From NCBI GenBank assembly GCA_030765185.1, contig JAVCDE010000024.1, positions 42,975-106,974 of the forward strand: a DNA stretch of 64,000 bases, read 5' to 3'. Shown here piece by piece: positions 20,913 to 31,151 of the stretch (position 1 is its first letter; every line of letters starts with the position of its first letter). Position numbers and translations under genes: made by a program. The stretch comes from Candidatus Aceula meridiana (lineage in GTDB: Bacteria; Omnitrophota; Gorgyraeia; Zapsychrales; Aceulaceae). The notes beneath the pieces are model-generated. The model ran no database searches. It saw only the letters and a program-made list of their open reading frames with translations, and was not told the origin of the DNA.

Positions 20913-22199
20913 TTAACACCGCGCAACCAAGTCATATTCGTAGCTATCGACAATGGTGGCATTGACAAAATCACCGGGTTTTAGAATACGCCGTGAGCGA
21001 ACAAAAACAACACCATCGACATCAGGAGCGTCAAACTCACTTCGCCCAAGATAAAAGGTCTTTTCTCCCCTTTCCTTTTCATCGATCAAAATCTTTAACT
21101 TTTTCCCAATAAATCTTTTTAATTTCTTTCGAGAAATTCCCTGCTGAATCTCCATTAAGGCAGCATAACGCTCTTGCTTAATATCGTCAGGAACTTGATT
21201 CGGAAGTCGTGCCGCCCTCGTCCCCTCTTCCTTAGAATATGTAAAAACACCGACATGGTCAAATCCAAAATCTTTCACAAAAGAACAAAGCTGCTTAAAT
21301 TCCTTGTCTGTCTCACCTGGATAGCCAACAATAAAACTACTGCGAAGACTAATTCCAAAAATAATCTTACGAATTCTTTTTATCAAGTCAATCGTCTTTT
21401 TTTGAAAAAGCCCACGATTCATGCTCTTTAAAATTCTGTCGCTAATATGCTGCAAAGGCAAATCTAAATAACGGCAAATCTTTTCTTCACGTTTAATCGT
21501 ATTTAGAAGTTCGTCAGTAATATGCGCAGGATACGAATACAAAAGACGAATCCATTGCACGTTCTTTGCCTGCGCTGCGATACGCTCAAGCAAAGTGCTT
21601 AGATATTTTTCTTTATAAATATCTAAGCCATAGGCTGTGATATCTTGACCGATGATATTAATTTCTTTTATTTTCTTTTGGTCGAGAGTCTTCGCTTCAT
21701 TTAAAATTGATTCTACGTGGCGCGACGAAAACTTTCCCTTAATCTGCGGAATAACGCAAAAGCTACAATAATTATAACAACTCTCACAAATTTTCAAATA
21801 GGCAAAAGACTTTGGCGTCAGCTGCACAGACGGCGATATTTTCTTTCTTTCAAAAGGCAAAACCCCGTTAATAAAATCCACCTCTTTAAATTCAGCGGCG
21901 AGCTCCTTCGGATAACGCTCGGCAAAACATCCTAAAACAGCAATCTTTTGGATCTTCCCTCTTTTCTTTAGATCGACCAAGTCTAAAATCGTATCAATGG
22001 TCTCGTCTTTAGCATCACCGATAAAAGCACACGTATTCACGATGGCAACATCAGCTTTTTTGATATCGACAATCTGATGACCCTTCCTTTGAAGCTGCCC
22101 TAAAATAAGTTGAGAGTCGACAAGATTTCTTGCGCAGCCTAAATTGATTAGACCTATACGGGAAGGTTTTAATTTTTTAAAAAAGATAGGACTTCTCAC
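20913..22199 (-). CDS. rimO: Ribosomal protein S12 methylthiotransferase RimO (radical SAM MTTase)
   Basis: 428 aa; N-terminal MTTase Cys triad (LGCARN...NTCAF...GC), radical SAM CxxxCxxC (CESCYNYCSFC), C-terminal TRAM with RimO-like ending PGDFVNATIVDSYEYDLVA. Confidence 0.85.
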   Translation of the reverse strand: MRSPIFFKKLKPSRIGLINLGCARNLVDSQLILGQLQRKGHQIVDIKKADVAIVNTCAFIGDAKDETIDTILDLVDLKKRGKIQKIAVLGCFAERYPKELAAEFKEVDFINGVLPFERKKISPSVQLTPKSFAYLKICESCYNYCSFCVIPQIKGKFSSRHVESILNEAKTLDQKKIKEINIIGQDITAYGLDIYKEKYLSTLLERIAAQAKNVQWIRLLYSYPAHITDELLNTIKREEKICRYLDLPLQHISDRILKSMNRGLFQKKTIDLIKRIRKIIFGISLRSSFIVGYPGETDKEFKQLCSFVKDFGFDHVGVFTYSKEEGTRAARLPNQVPDDIKQERYAALMEIQQGISRKKLKRFIGKKLKILIDEKERGEKTFYLGRSEFDAPDVDGVVFVRSRRILKPGDFVNATIVDSYEYDLVARC

Positions 22200-22217
22200 G
22201 GGATGTGATGTTTAAAA

Positions 22218-23060
22218 TTAATCTTTTATATAAAATCCACTTTTGGTAACAACAATGCTTTTAATATTCCGCGTCGTGTTGCCCAATGATGTTAAAATAC
22301 GGCCGTTGAGCTCAAGTTCTAGCTCTTTAATATTTTTGCCCGAAAGCTCAATCTTATCGTTGGCCTGCCAGCTCTCGGTGGTTCCGCGAGTAAACGTCCC
22401 TCGAAACACAACCTCTCCATCAACCTTAACGAGAAGCCAGCTTGCTTTTTGTGCACGAACAACTAAATTTACTCTTTTTGTAACTTTTACCGCTGGCGTG
22501 ACAGCAGACGCCTTTTTGATAGTCTCGGGTTTAGCCTTTTCTTCAACAGGCGCGGAAGGAATAACAATTTCTTTCTTTTTTATTACTTTCTTCTTTGATG
22601 CAATCGGCTGACTTATTTTTTTTGATGCTTCTACTCCTGAAGAAGCTTTCTTAACCACACACCCAACGATACGAATAAGAAGAAGAACTGCGATAGCAAC
22701 AAGTGTCCATTTAACAATCTGGCGCATTTGTTTTCGAGATAAATGAAAAAGGCTATCGTCATCCCAGAGTGTGCGTCCTCTATGAAATTTTGTTGGCTCA
22801 GGAATTTTTTCTGGTTTATAATCGTCGATAACTACAGAAAGATCTAGTTCAAGATAATTGGCATAAAGCTTCACAAATGCACGATAATAAAAATCCGTAA
22901 GCGTTCGAACTTTGTATCCCTCTTCAATAGCCTTGAGAGCATCTAAGGGAATTTTAGTAGCCTCGTGAATTGTATCAAGCGAAATCCCCTTAGCTTCACG
23001 AGTCTGCTTTAAAAGCTGTCCTTTTTCTAAGCGATCACTCATCATCTTGCTGCTCCTCAT
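22218..23060 (-). CDS. rodZ: RodZ-like protein (XRE-type HTH, single TM, C-terminal DUF4115-like domain)
   Basis: N-terminal HTH (LKQTREAKGISLDTIHEATKIP), central TM, Lys-rich linker, C-terminal beta domain; located upstream of rimO and pgsA, where rodZ is often found. Confidence 0.55.
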   Translation of the reverse strand: MRSSKMMSDRLEKGQLLKQTREAKGISLDTIHEATKIPLDALKAIEEGYKVRTLTDFYYRAFVKLYANYLELDLSVVIDDYKPEKIPEPTKFHRGRTLWDDDSLFHLSRKQMRQIVKWTLVAIAVLLLIRIVGCVVKKASSGVEASKKISQPIASKKKVIKKKEIVIPSAPVEEKAKPETIKKASAVTPAVKVTKRVNLVVRAQKASWLLVKVDGEVVFRGTFTRGTTESWQANDKIELSGKNIKELELELNGRILTSLGNTTRNIKSIVVTKSGFYIKD

Positions 23061-25245
23061 CCGGATTCATATTTTCCATAAGCCACTCTTCGCGATTAAC
23101 TAAAAGCTCACGAGCCTTACTTCCGCGATATGGTCCCACAATGCCCTCTTGTTCCATCATATCGACAAGACGCGCGGCACGCGTATAGCCTAACCGCATA
23201 CGGCGTTGCAAAATAGAAACAGAAGCCTGCCCTGTCTCAACAATAACTCGAACCGACTCATCATAAAGTTCATCTTTTTGTTGAGAAACACCTGCAGCAG
23301 AACTTGTCTGCTTTTTAATAATGCCTTCATCATATATTGGCTCTTGCTGAACTTTGATAAAATCAATCACTTTAGAAATCTCGTCATCAGAAACATAGCA
23401 ACATTGCCCACGGATAGGCTTAGCCTCGCCTGGTTTTAAAAAAAGCATGTCCCCTTTTCCTATTAAATTTTCTGCGCCGTTTGCATCCAAGACTGTACGA
23501 GAGTCAACTTTAGAAGCTACCTTAAAAGAAACACGCGCCGGGAAATTAGCCTTAATAACACCGGTAATAACATCGACCGATGGCCTCTGTGTGGCTAGCA
23601 CTAAATGAATACCAACAGCGCGGGAAAGTTGCGCTAGCCTCGTAATCGCGCTCTCAACCTCTTTAGGACAAATCTGCATCAAGTCAGCTAACTCATCAAT
23701 GACAACAACAATATACGGCATATTGTTATCTTTTTTATGGTAGTCAGCAATGTTTCGTGAACCTGTCTTTGCTAAACGATTGTAACGACTCTCCATTTCA
23801 CCAACAACCCAATGAAGCGCAGCAGTAACTTTTTTAGGATTTGTAACCGCAGGGCACAAACAATGAGGAATAGGATTATACTGACTAAGCTCAACCATCT
23901 TAGGATCAACCATCAAAAATTTAACTTCCTCAGGCGAATATTTAAAAAGCATCGAAAGAATAATACTGTTTAAGCAAACTGTCTTTCCTGCCCCTGTTGT
24001 TCCAGCAATTAAAAGATGTGGCATGTCAGCTAAATCAGCCACCATAGGTTTTCCTGCAGTATCTTTTCCTAAAGCTAATGTTAAGCGTGATTTATTAGAG
24101 CGAAAATTACTCTGCGAAAGAACATCCTTAAGAAAAACCATGCTTGACGAAAGATTAGGAACTTCAATGCCCACACGGTTTTTACCCGGAATAGGTGCCA
24201 AAATGCGAACGCTCTGCGCCTTCATTGCAAGAGCAATATCATCAGAAAGTGTTGTAATACGCTGAACTTTGACGCCGGGTGCTGGTTCAAGCTCGTAGCG
24301 GGTAATAACAGGTCCCCGCTCGATATCAACAACGCTAACGGTAACACCAAACTGCGCCAAAGTTTCCTCAAGCGTTTTAGCTCCAGACATCAAATCGCCC
24401 TCAAGTTTTTGTGAAGAAACTGGCGGCGGATCTAAAAGTAATTCTAAAGATGGCAGATGATACTCGCCTATAGGTTTGGGAGTATCTTTAACAACTGCCT
24501 CCTCCCTCGTTGGTGATTGTGCTACACGTATTTTTGGCTTCCCTAGGCCAAAGAGTGGCGACGGCTTAGACTCTTCTTTCTCAGTTTCAGACTTTGTGGA
24601 TTTTGTCTTTAATAATTTCTGAACTGCCTTCTCTTGGTTGGCCTTAGTCTTGACCTTAAGACGGGACGAAAGACTTTCTTCCCTCTCCTCTTTCTTATTC
24701 TGCAAATATTGAATAAATTTCTTTATGGAGTCAATAGCCTTTAGAATAAAGGGATAGACAAGAAATTCACCAATCACGATAGATGTCAAAACGGCTAACG
24801 TGCTTAGAATGATATACGTTCCTGTGCGCCCAAAATACTTAATAAGAAAGTCTGCAATCGTAATGCCAAGAATTCCGGCGCGGTCAAAACGCGTTTCATG
24901 AATTTGCGAACCTAACATACTAAACAAGGCGCTTACCACTGTAAAAATAACACCGAAGCTTGCAACCTTTGAGGCCGAAACTTCGATGTCTCGATTCGCA
25001 AATTTATTCCAACTCCAAAAGAATAAAAAGACAACGATAAAATAGGAACTGTATCCAATAACAAACAAAAGTGCCCCAGCTAAATATGCACCAAAAATAC
25101 GGATTAGATTTTCAGCAGGGACATTTGGGTGAGAAGTATACCACCAAAGATCCGACGGAGTAAATGAAACGAGACTGGCTAAAAGAATAAGTGCTGTCGC
25201 CAGTATCAGAATCGCTTTTATCTCATTTATGTACTGCGATTTCAT
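23035..25245 (-). CDS. ftsK: DNA translocase FtsK/SpoIIIE
   Basis: 736 aa; N-terminal TM segments, Walker A (GTTGAGKT), C-terminal winged-helix gamma domain. Confidence 0.92.
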   Translation of the reverse strand: MKSQYINEIKAILILATALILLASLVSFTPSDLWWYTSHPNVPAENLIRIFGAYLAGALLFVIGYSSYFIVVFLFFWSWNKFANRDIEVSASKVASFGVIFTVVSALFSMLGSQIHETRFDRAGILGITIADFLIKYFGRTGTYIILSTLAVLTSIVIGEFLVYPFILKAIDSIKKFIQYLQNKKEEREESLSSRLKVKTKANQEKAVQKLLKTKSTKSETEKEESKPSPLFGLGKPKIRVAQSPTREEAVVKDTPKPIGEYHLPSLELLLDPPPVSSQKLEGDLMSGAKTLEETLAQFGVTVSVVDIERGPVITRYELEPAPGVKVQRITTLSDDIALAMKAQSVRILAPIPGKNRVGIEVPNLSSSMVFLKDVLSQSNFRSNKSRLTLALGKDTAGKPMVADLADMPHLLIAGTTGAGKTVCLNSIILSMLFKYSPEEVKFLMVDPKMVELSQYNPIPHCLCPAVTNPKKVTAALHWVVGEMESRYNRLAKTGSRNIADYHKKDNNMPYIVVVIDELADLMQICPKEVESAITRLAQLSRAVGIHLVLATQRPSVDVITGVIKANFPARVSFKVASKVDSRTVLDANGAENLIGKGDMLFLKPGEAKPIRGQCCYVSDDEISKVIDFIKVQQEPIYDEGIIKKQTSSAAGVSQQKDELYDESVRVIVETGQASVSILQRRMRLGYTRAARLVDMMEQEGIVGPYRGSKARELLVNREEWLMENMNPDEEQQDDE

Positions 25246-27350
25246 TCGGCTTGTTTTTTACTTAAGTTCACTCTTTTCTGATCATCAATCTTAAGAAGCT
25301 TAACCTTGAAGCGGTCTCCAACCTTAACAGCAGACTCAACGTCCTTAAGATATTCGTTTGAAAGTTCGGAAACGTGAACTAACCCTTCTTTACCTGGAAG
25401 AAACTCACAGAAGGCACCAAAATTCATGACCTTCTTAACAACAGCGTCATAAATTTTCCCAATTTCTGGATCCTGGGTAATGCCTTTTACAATTGCAACA
25501 GCTTTTTCGCAAGATGCCGCATCCGGCGATGAAATAAAAACTTTTCCATCATCAGAGATATCGATTGCAGCCTCTGTATCGGCAATAATTTTTTTAATCA
25601 CGCGCCCCCCTGGTCCAATAACCTCCCCGATTTTAGAAGGATCAATCTGAAGCTCAACAATCTTTGGAGCATATTCAGAAACCTTTTCACGAGAAGAAGG
25701 CAAAGCTGCATGCATTTTATCAAGAATTTCAAAACGCGCTTTCTTTGACTGCGCGAATGCTTTCTCTAAAATTTCCATGCTGATTCCATTAATCTTTAAA
25801 TCAAGCTGAATAGCAGTAACGCCTTTACGTGTTCCAGCGACTTTAAAATCCATATCGCCAAAATGATCTTCAACGCCTAAAATATCCGTTAAAAGAACTG
25901 CTCTATCTTTATCTGTAACAAGTCCAATCGAAATGCCCGCAACCGGATCTTTGATCGGTACACCAGCATCCATCAAGCAGAGCGTTCCAGCACAGACAGT
26001 TGCCATGCTTGAAGAACCGTTAGACTCTAAAATTTCAGAAACAATGCGCACCGTATAAGGAAAATCTTCCCTTTCCGGAATAATCGCGCACAAAGCTTTT
26101 TCCGCTAAAGCACCATGGCCAATTTCTCGACGGCCGGGTCCTCGCATTGGACGAGTTTCTCCAACGCTAAACGACGGAAAATTATAATGTAGCATAAAAG
26201 ATTTATAAGTTTTTCCAATTAACGCATCAATCATCTGCTCATCGCTTCGCGTCCCTAAGGTTGCGATCGATAAACTCTGTGTCTGCCCACGAGTAAAAAG
26301 AGCTGACCCATGTGTTCGAGGCATAATGCCAACTTCACAACTAATAGGACGAACATCCTCAACACCACGTCCATCGATGCGTCGATTTTCTTCTAAAACA
26401 ACCTTACGGAGCTCTTCAGCTTCAATCTCTTCTAAAGCCGCTTTAATGGCAGATGCAGGAACTTCATCCGCATCACCTTTGAATTCTTCAAAAACTGAAA
26501 CATCACTCAAAAGCTCTTTAGCAAGATCACTAGCCGCAGTTTGACGTTCGTCTTTATCTGCAATTTTATAAATCTCTTTAAACTTCGCTGAAGCAAGACT
26601 GCGAACTTTATCAACTAAAGCTGGATTAACTTCACTTAATTCAACATCAGCTTTTGCCTTTCCGATGTTTTTTGCAAGTTCCTCTTGCATCGTGATAAGC
26701 GCTTGTAGCTTCTCGGAAGCAAATGTAACAGCCTTCAAGACTGTTTCTTCCGCAACTTCCTGAGAATCGCCTTCGATCATTACAATTCCTTCTTTAGATC
26801 CAACAACCGCTAAATCAAGAGGGCTTCCCTCTCTCTGAGTAAACGTTGGATTAAGAACAAGCTCGTCATCAACCATTCCAACGCGTACCGCACCAACTGG
26901 GCCAGCAAAAGGAATATTTGAAATCATTAAAGCGGTTGATGCGCCGATCAACCCTAAAAGATCAGAAGCATTTTCACTATCGCTGCTTAAGACAAGAGAA
27001 ACAATTTGAACGCTGTTAAAAAATCCTTTTGGAAAAAGCGGTCGAATTGGCCTGTCGATAAAACGTGCAGCTAAAATCTCATCCTGAGAAGGTCTTCCTT
27101 CTCGTTTAAAAAATCCACCAGGAATTTTCCCGGCAGCATAAGTCTTTTCTTGATATTCAACCGTTAAAGGAAAAAATCCTAAATCCTTCTTAGATTCTTT
27201 TGACATACACGCAGTCACAAGAACAACGGTTCCACCGCATGTAACGGTGACGGCTCCACCAGCTTGCCTAGCAAGCTTTCCTGTTTCAATAATAATATTC
27301 TGATCCCCGAAAGGAACTTCTATTCGTTCGGTCTTCATTGACAACCTCAC
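25242..27350 (-). CDS. pnp: Polyribonucleotide nucleotidyltransferase (PNPase)
   Basis: 702 aa; two RNase PH domains, KH and S1 domains; follows rpsO as in the conserved rpsO-pnp operon. Confidence 0.95.
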   Translation of the reverse strand: MRLSMKTERIEVPFGDQNIIIETGKLARQAGGAVTVTCGGTVVLVTACMSKESKKDLGFFPLTVEYQEKTYAAGKIPGGFFKREGRPSQDEILAARFIDRPIRPLFPKGFFNSVQIVSLVLSSDSENASDLLGLIGASTALMISNIPFAGPVGAVRVGMVDDELVLNPTFTQREGSPLDLAVVGSKEGIVMIEGDSQEVAEETVLKAVTFASEKLQALITMQEELAKNIGKAKADVELSEVNPALVDKVRSLASAKFKEIYKIADKDERQTAASDLAKELLSDVSVFEEFKGDADEVPASAIKAALEEIEAEELRKVVLEENRRIDGRGVEDVRPISCEVGIMPRTHGSALFTRGQTQSLSIATLGTRSDEQMIDALIGKTYKSFMLHYNFPSFSVGETRPMRGPGRREIGHGALAEKALCAIIPEREDFPYTVRIVSEILESNGSSSMATVCAGTLCLMDAGVPIKDPVAGISIGLVTDKDRAVLLTDILGVEDHFGDMDFKVAGTRKGVTAIQLDLKINGISMEILEKAFAQSKKARFEILDKMHAALPSSREKVSEYAPKIVELQIDPSKIGEVIGPGGRVIKKIIADTEAAIDISDDGKVFISSPDAASCEKAVAIVKGITQDPEIGKIYDAVVKKVMNFGAFCEFLPGKEGLVHVSELSNEYLKDVESAVKVGDRFKVKLLKIDDQKRVNLSKKQAE

Positions 27351-27616
27351 TTACGTAATTTTAATTTTTTGATAGTTTCTTCGTATTTTTGGGGATTTTT
27401 TTGCTTTAAAAAGGCAATATGACGCCTTCTGGCGCCAATCATCATCAAAAGACCACGGCGAGAATGAAAATCCTTTTTATGAACTTTCAAATGTTCGGCT
27501 AATTCATTAATCCGCTGAGTCAAAAGCGCAATCTGAACAACTGAAGATCCGGTGTCTTTTGCGTGAACCTTAAAGCTATCAATTAGTTCTGTTTTCTTTT
27601 CTTTTAGTAACGACAA
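27347..27616 (-). CDS. rpsO: 30S ribosomal protein S15
   Basis: 89 aa; S15 signature (DTGSSVVQIALLT...HSRRGLL); TTG start 7 nt downstream of GGAGGAAG Shine-Dalgarno. Confidence 0.9.
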   Translation of the reverse strand: MSLLKEKKTELIDSFKVHAKDTGSSVVQIALLTQRINELAEHLKVHKKDFHSRRGLLMMIGARRRHIAFLKQKNPQKYEETIKKLKLRK

Positions 27617-27682
27617 TTTTAACTTCCTCCTTCTCCTGGTTTATATCCTACGCTATTATGTACTTTTCTTTAAAGTTTGGGC

Positions 27683-27711
27683 ATTATACTAGTTATATTA
27701 ATATTAGTCAA
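27683..27711 (-). promoter_or_regulatory. Sigma70-type promoter for rpsO-pnp
   Basis: Minus strand TTGACT (27711-27706), 17-nt spacer, TATAAT (27688-27683). Confidence 0.5.
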
Positions 27712-27735
27712 GTAAAGAGATGGAAGGCAACAAAA

Positions 27736-28743
27736 CTATTCCTGCAGAGCCCTCACACAATTGCGGCCATCAGCCTTGGCTTGATACAGGGCTTTATCAG
27801 CCAAATGAATAAAATCTTTAGTTGTTTTAGCCTTATTGATAGGATAGGATGTCACCCCGATACTTAAGGTATTGCTAATAATAACTTTCGGGGTGAGTTT
27901 AAATTTCTTGCCAAAAACACTCTCTCGAATACGCTCAGCAGCAACATGAGCGCCCTCCTTTTCAGTGCCGCCTAAGATGACCAAAAATTCATCTCCTCCA
28001 TAACGGCCAATTAAATCTGTCGTACGTAACAATTTTTTTAGAAAAATTGCCACTTGTTTAAGCATTTTATCGCCAATTTGATGACCAAAATTATCATTAA
28101 TCGGCTTAAAATAATCAATATCAATCATCAAGCAAGCCATTGGCTCATTATAACGCCGGCAGCGACTAAATTCTTCATCAAACCGATTTGTAATAGATTT
28201 ATGATTTAAAAGACCTGTCAAGCTATCTTCTCGAGCAACACGCTTGAGATAATTCTCTTTTTTCTTACGTCTGGTAATATCTTCAATAGTCACAATAATA
28301 CGAGAAAGAGCTTCTTCATCTTCATCTAACACAGCAACGCGAAGCCAAAGCTCATATCTCTTGCGATCTGCCCCTTGAGTTTTAAATTCTTTTTCAAAAA
28401 TTTTATCACCACTTGTAAGGGCAACAAACTCATCAATCAATACAAGGATGTCATTTTTAGTAAGTGTCTTACCAAAACGCTGTAAAAGCTCTTTCTTAGT
28501 TTTTGCTCCATAAAGATTAAGAGCAGCTTTATTTACATCAAGAACTTTTATCCCCTTGAAGGCACATTCAACAAGCTGCGAATTTTTAAGAAGATACTTG
28601 CGATAATTAATAACTTCCTGCTTCTTCAATTGTTCCAAAAGCTTCGCAAAACACGAAACATCCTCTTCCCATATCCCGATGGGTGAATTCTCAAAAATAA
28701 GCCTAAGCCTCTCGTACTCTTTATTATTATTCTTTATAGCCAT
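27736..28743 (-). CDS. Diguanylate cyclase (PAS-like N-terminus + GGDEF domain)
   Basis: 335 aa; RYGGDEF active-site motif, I-site RxxD present upstream (RTTD). Confidence 0.85.
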   Translation of the reverse strand: MAIKNNNKEYERLRLIFENSPIGIWEEDVSCFAKLLEQLKKQEVINYRKYLLKNSQLVECAFKGIKVLDVNKAALNLYGAKTKKELLQRFGKTLTKNDILVLIDEFVALTSGDKIFEKEFKTQGADRKRYELWLRVAVLDEDEEALSRIIVTIEDITRRKKKENYLKRVAREDSLTGLLNHKSITNRFDEEFSRCRRYNEPMACLMIDIDYFKPINDNFGHQIGDKMLKQVAIFLKKLLRTTDLIGRYGGDEFLVILGGTEKEGAHVAAERIRESVFGKKFKLTPKVIISNTLSIGVTSYPINKAKTTKDFIHLADKALYQAKADGRNCVRALQE

Positions 28744-28757
28744 AATATCTCTTAATT

Positions 28758-30416
28758 CTAAATCTTCTCTATCCTTAGTATATATTTTCCACCGATTTCT
28801 TTAAAGAAAATTATTCTAAATTTTCCTTTTGTAATCCATTCTAAATCTTCTTTTTGGTTCTTCTTCACGATGCAATATGTATAAGGGCGCTCATTTAAGA
28901 AATCAATCACAGCCCCCGGTGAGCTCAAAAAAGGAATTGAATAGTGAGGACTAAAATACCCTTTTCCATTAATATCGATAACAGCAACAGGACGATCAGT
29001 GTAATAGCGAACACCTCTTGCATAAAATTTACTTGATAAAATAGGATTAGAACTATTATCAATTGTCTTAAAAACATCACAAATTTTCTTACACGATACC
29101 CAGGGCTCAGCGTAGTTGTAGCCAAAAATAAGAGCAACGAGCAGACAAACCGGGATAAGCGCTGTGACAACAAAAATCTTAACAATTTTCCGATGAATCA
29201 TTGCCCATAGAAACACCAGTCCACAAATAAAAATTAACACCGCAAAAACATCAGCCGAGGTAGTACTCTTTAAAATATCCTGATAGCGCCTTGCAAAAAA
29301 CATAGCAGCAAGCCCACCGATGATAAGAACAGCCGAAAAAGGATACCCAAAAAAACTTGTCAGTTTACCAAAAGTTTTTGGCTCTTTTAGTAATTGTGCA
29401 AAGTAAAATCCTAAACAAATAGCAATCGCTGGAAAGACAGGAAAAATATAACTTGCTAACTTAGACTGAGCAACTTGCATCAAAAACCAAACAAGCGCAA
29501 TCCAGATACCGAGAAAAACAAAAATACCTCTCTCGGAAACTTTAGATCGTAAATTTCTAGAAATTGCACTTCCTGCTGGAATCACAAAAAATGTCCACGG
29601 GAAAATACCAGCTGCCATCGTCATAAAATAAAAATACCAGGTGTTACTTTTTTGATGCTCAGCAACAAAAATACGGCGTACATGAACGTTATACCAGTAT
29701 TCTTCAATAAACACTTTTCCATAAAGCTTAATCATGACAACATGCCAAGGAACAGAGATGACAAGAAATGCTAAAAACCCAAAAAATGTTGCGCGACAAA
29801 ACAAAAATTTTATATCTCGTTTATACAACAAGAAAAAAACTATCGTTCCAAAAGGAAAAATAAAACCAAGGATACCTTTTGTCAAAACAGCAATCGCGCA
29901 AGACGAAAGACAAAGAATAAGCCCGACGCTCTTTCGAGATGGTACGCTATAGGCCCAATAAAAAAGTGCTAACGCCAAAACAATCCAGACAGAAAAAACC
30001 ATATCTGTCAAAACAGCACGCGAAAGGGCAAGCCATATAAAGCTAGTTGATAAGACAACTCCTGAAAAAAAAGCAGTTTTCTTATCTCGAAACAAAAGCC
30101 ACGCCATCCAATAAGTAATCAAAACACCAAGTATTCCAAAGAGGGCCGGAATAAAACGCGCCCCGAAAGCTGTCATGCCAAATAATTTCATGGCAAGAAT
30201 TAAAAGCCAATAAGTAAAAATTGGCTTCTCAAACTGCGGAGCATCGAAGATATAGGGTGTCGCCCAACTATTCGTAAGCATCATCTCTTTTGCTGTTTGA
30301 ACATAAAAAACCTCATCCGGATGCGTCAGGCTAATAGCCCCATTTCCTAACATCAAAGTAAAGAATGAAATTCCGAGCAAGATAAGAATTAATTTTCGAT
30401 GGCTCATCTGATTCAC
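28758..30416 (-). CDS. Integral-membrane glycosyltransferase, GT39/GT83 family (ArnT / PMT-like, lipid-carrier dependent)
   Basis: 552 aa, 12 or more TM segments, N-terminal DE-containing loop (HPDEVFY) characteristic of the ArnT/PMT family. Confidence 0.75.
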   Translation of the reverse strand: MNQMSHRKLILILLGISFFTLMLGNGAISLTHPDEVFYVQTAKEMMLTNSWATPYIFDAPQFEKPIFTYWLLILAMKLFGMTAFGARFIPALFGILGVLITYWMAWLLFRDKKTAFFSGVVLSTSFIWLALSRAVLTDMVFSVWIVLALALFYWAYSVPSRKSVGLILCLSSCAIAVLTKGILGFIFPFGTIVFFLLYKRDIKFLFCRATFFGFLAFLVISVPWHVVMIKLYGKVFIEEYWYNVHVRRIFVAEHQKSNTWYFYFMTMAAGIFPWTFFVIPAGSAISRNLRSKVSERGIFVFLGIWIALVWFLMQVAQSKLASYIFPVFPAIAICLGFYFAQLLKEPKTFGKLTSFFGYPFSAVLIIGGLAAMFFARRYQDILKSTTSADVFAVLIFICGLVFLWAMIHRKIVKIFVVTALIPVCLLVALIFGYNYAEPWVSCKKICDVFKTIDNSSNPILSSKFYARGVRYYTDRPVAVIDINGKGYFSPHYSIPFLSSPGAVIDFLNERPYTYCIVKKNQKEDLEWITKGKFRIIFFKEIGGKYILRIEKI

Positions 30417-31145
30417 TTATTGCCCCTCCCCTTTAATTAATTGATCAACGGTAACAAATTCAAATCCCCTTTTATCAAGCTCCCTCGCAAGAAGCGGAAT
30501 CGTCGCAACTGTTTGAGACCGATCGCCTCCTTCAGCCTTTAAAACCCCTCCGCTATCGTGAAAAAGAAGAATGTCGCCACTCTTAACACGCTTAGAGATA
30601 ACATTCACAATGCGCCTTGCGTCAAAGGTAACCCAATCTTTTGAATTTAAAGACCACAGGACAACTTCATAGCCCATGCCTTTAATTTTTTTCTTAATAG
30701 ATCCGCGTAACCAAGCCTTCGGAGGACGAAAATATTTCGTTGTGCGCCCAGTCACTTGCTCAATAATATGCTCAGTATATTTAATCTCTTCTTCAATTTC
30801 TTCTGGACGATAATAAAATAAAACATTATGGGCATAACCATGATTTTCAATCTCATGACCTTCTTCAGCAACCTTACGCGCCACTTCCGGATACAATTTA
30901 ACATGACGCCCACCCATAAAAAATGTTGCCTTGATGCCTTCTTTTTTTAATTCATACAAAATCTGAGAAGTCCAAATTGGTGATGGTCCATCATCAAATG
31001 TTAAAGCAACTTTCTTTTTCTCTGTTTTAACGCGGTAAAGTGTTCCTCGGCGAGTCAAAATAGCTTGATCAAAGAAAACACAGAAATAAAATATCCCTGC
31101 GCCAATAAAAAGAAAAACAAATAAAGTAAGAATAATCCAGGACAT
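30417..31145 (-). CDS. Polysaccharide deacetylase (NodB homology domain, CE4)
   Basis: 242 aa; TFDDGP and HGYAH metal/catalytic motifs; start overlaps the stop of the upstream glycosyltransferase. Confidence 0.8.
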   Translation of the reverse strand: MSWIILTLFVFLFIGAGIFYFCVFFDQAILTRRGTLYRVKTEKKKVALTFDDGPSPIWTSQILYELKKEGIKATFFMGGRHVKLYPEVARKVAEEGHEIENHGYAHNVLFYYRPEEIEEEIKYTEHIIEQVTGRTTKYFRPPKAWLRGSIKKKIKGMGYEVVLWSLNSKDWVTFDARRIVNVISKRVKSGDILLFHDSGGVLKAEGGDRSQTVATIPLLARELDKRGFEFVTVDQLIKGEGQ

Positions 31146-31151
31146 ATGTTT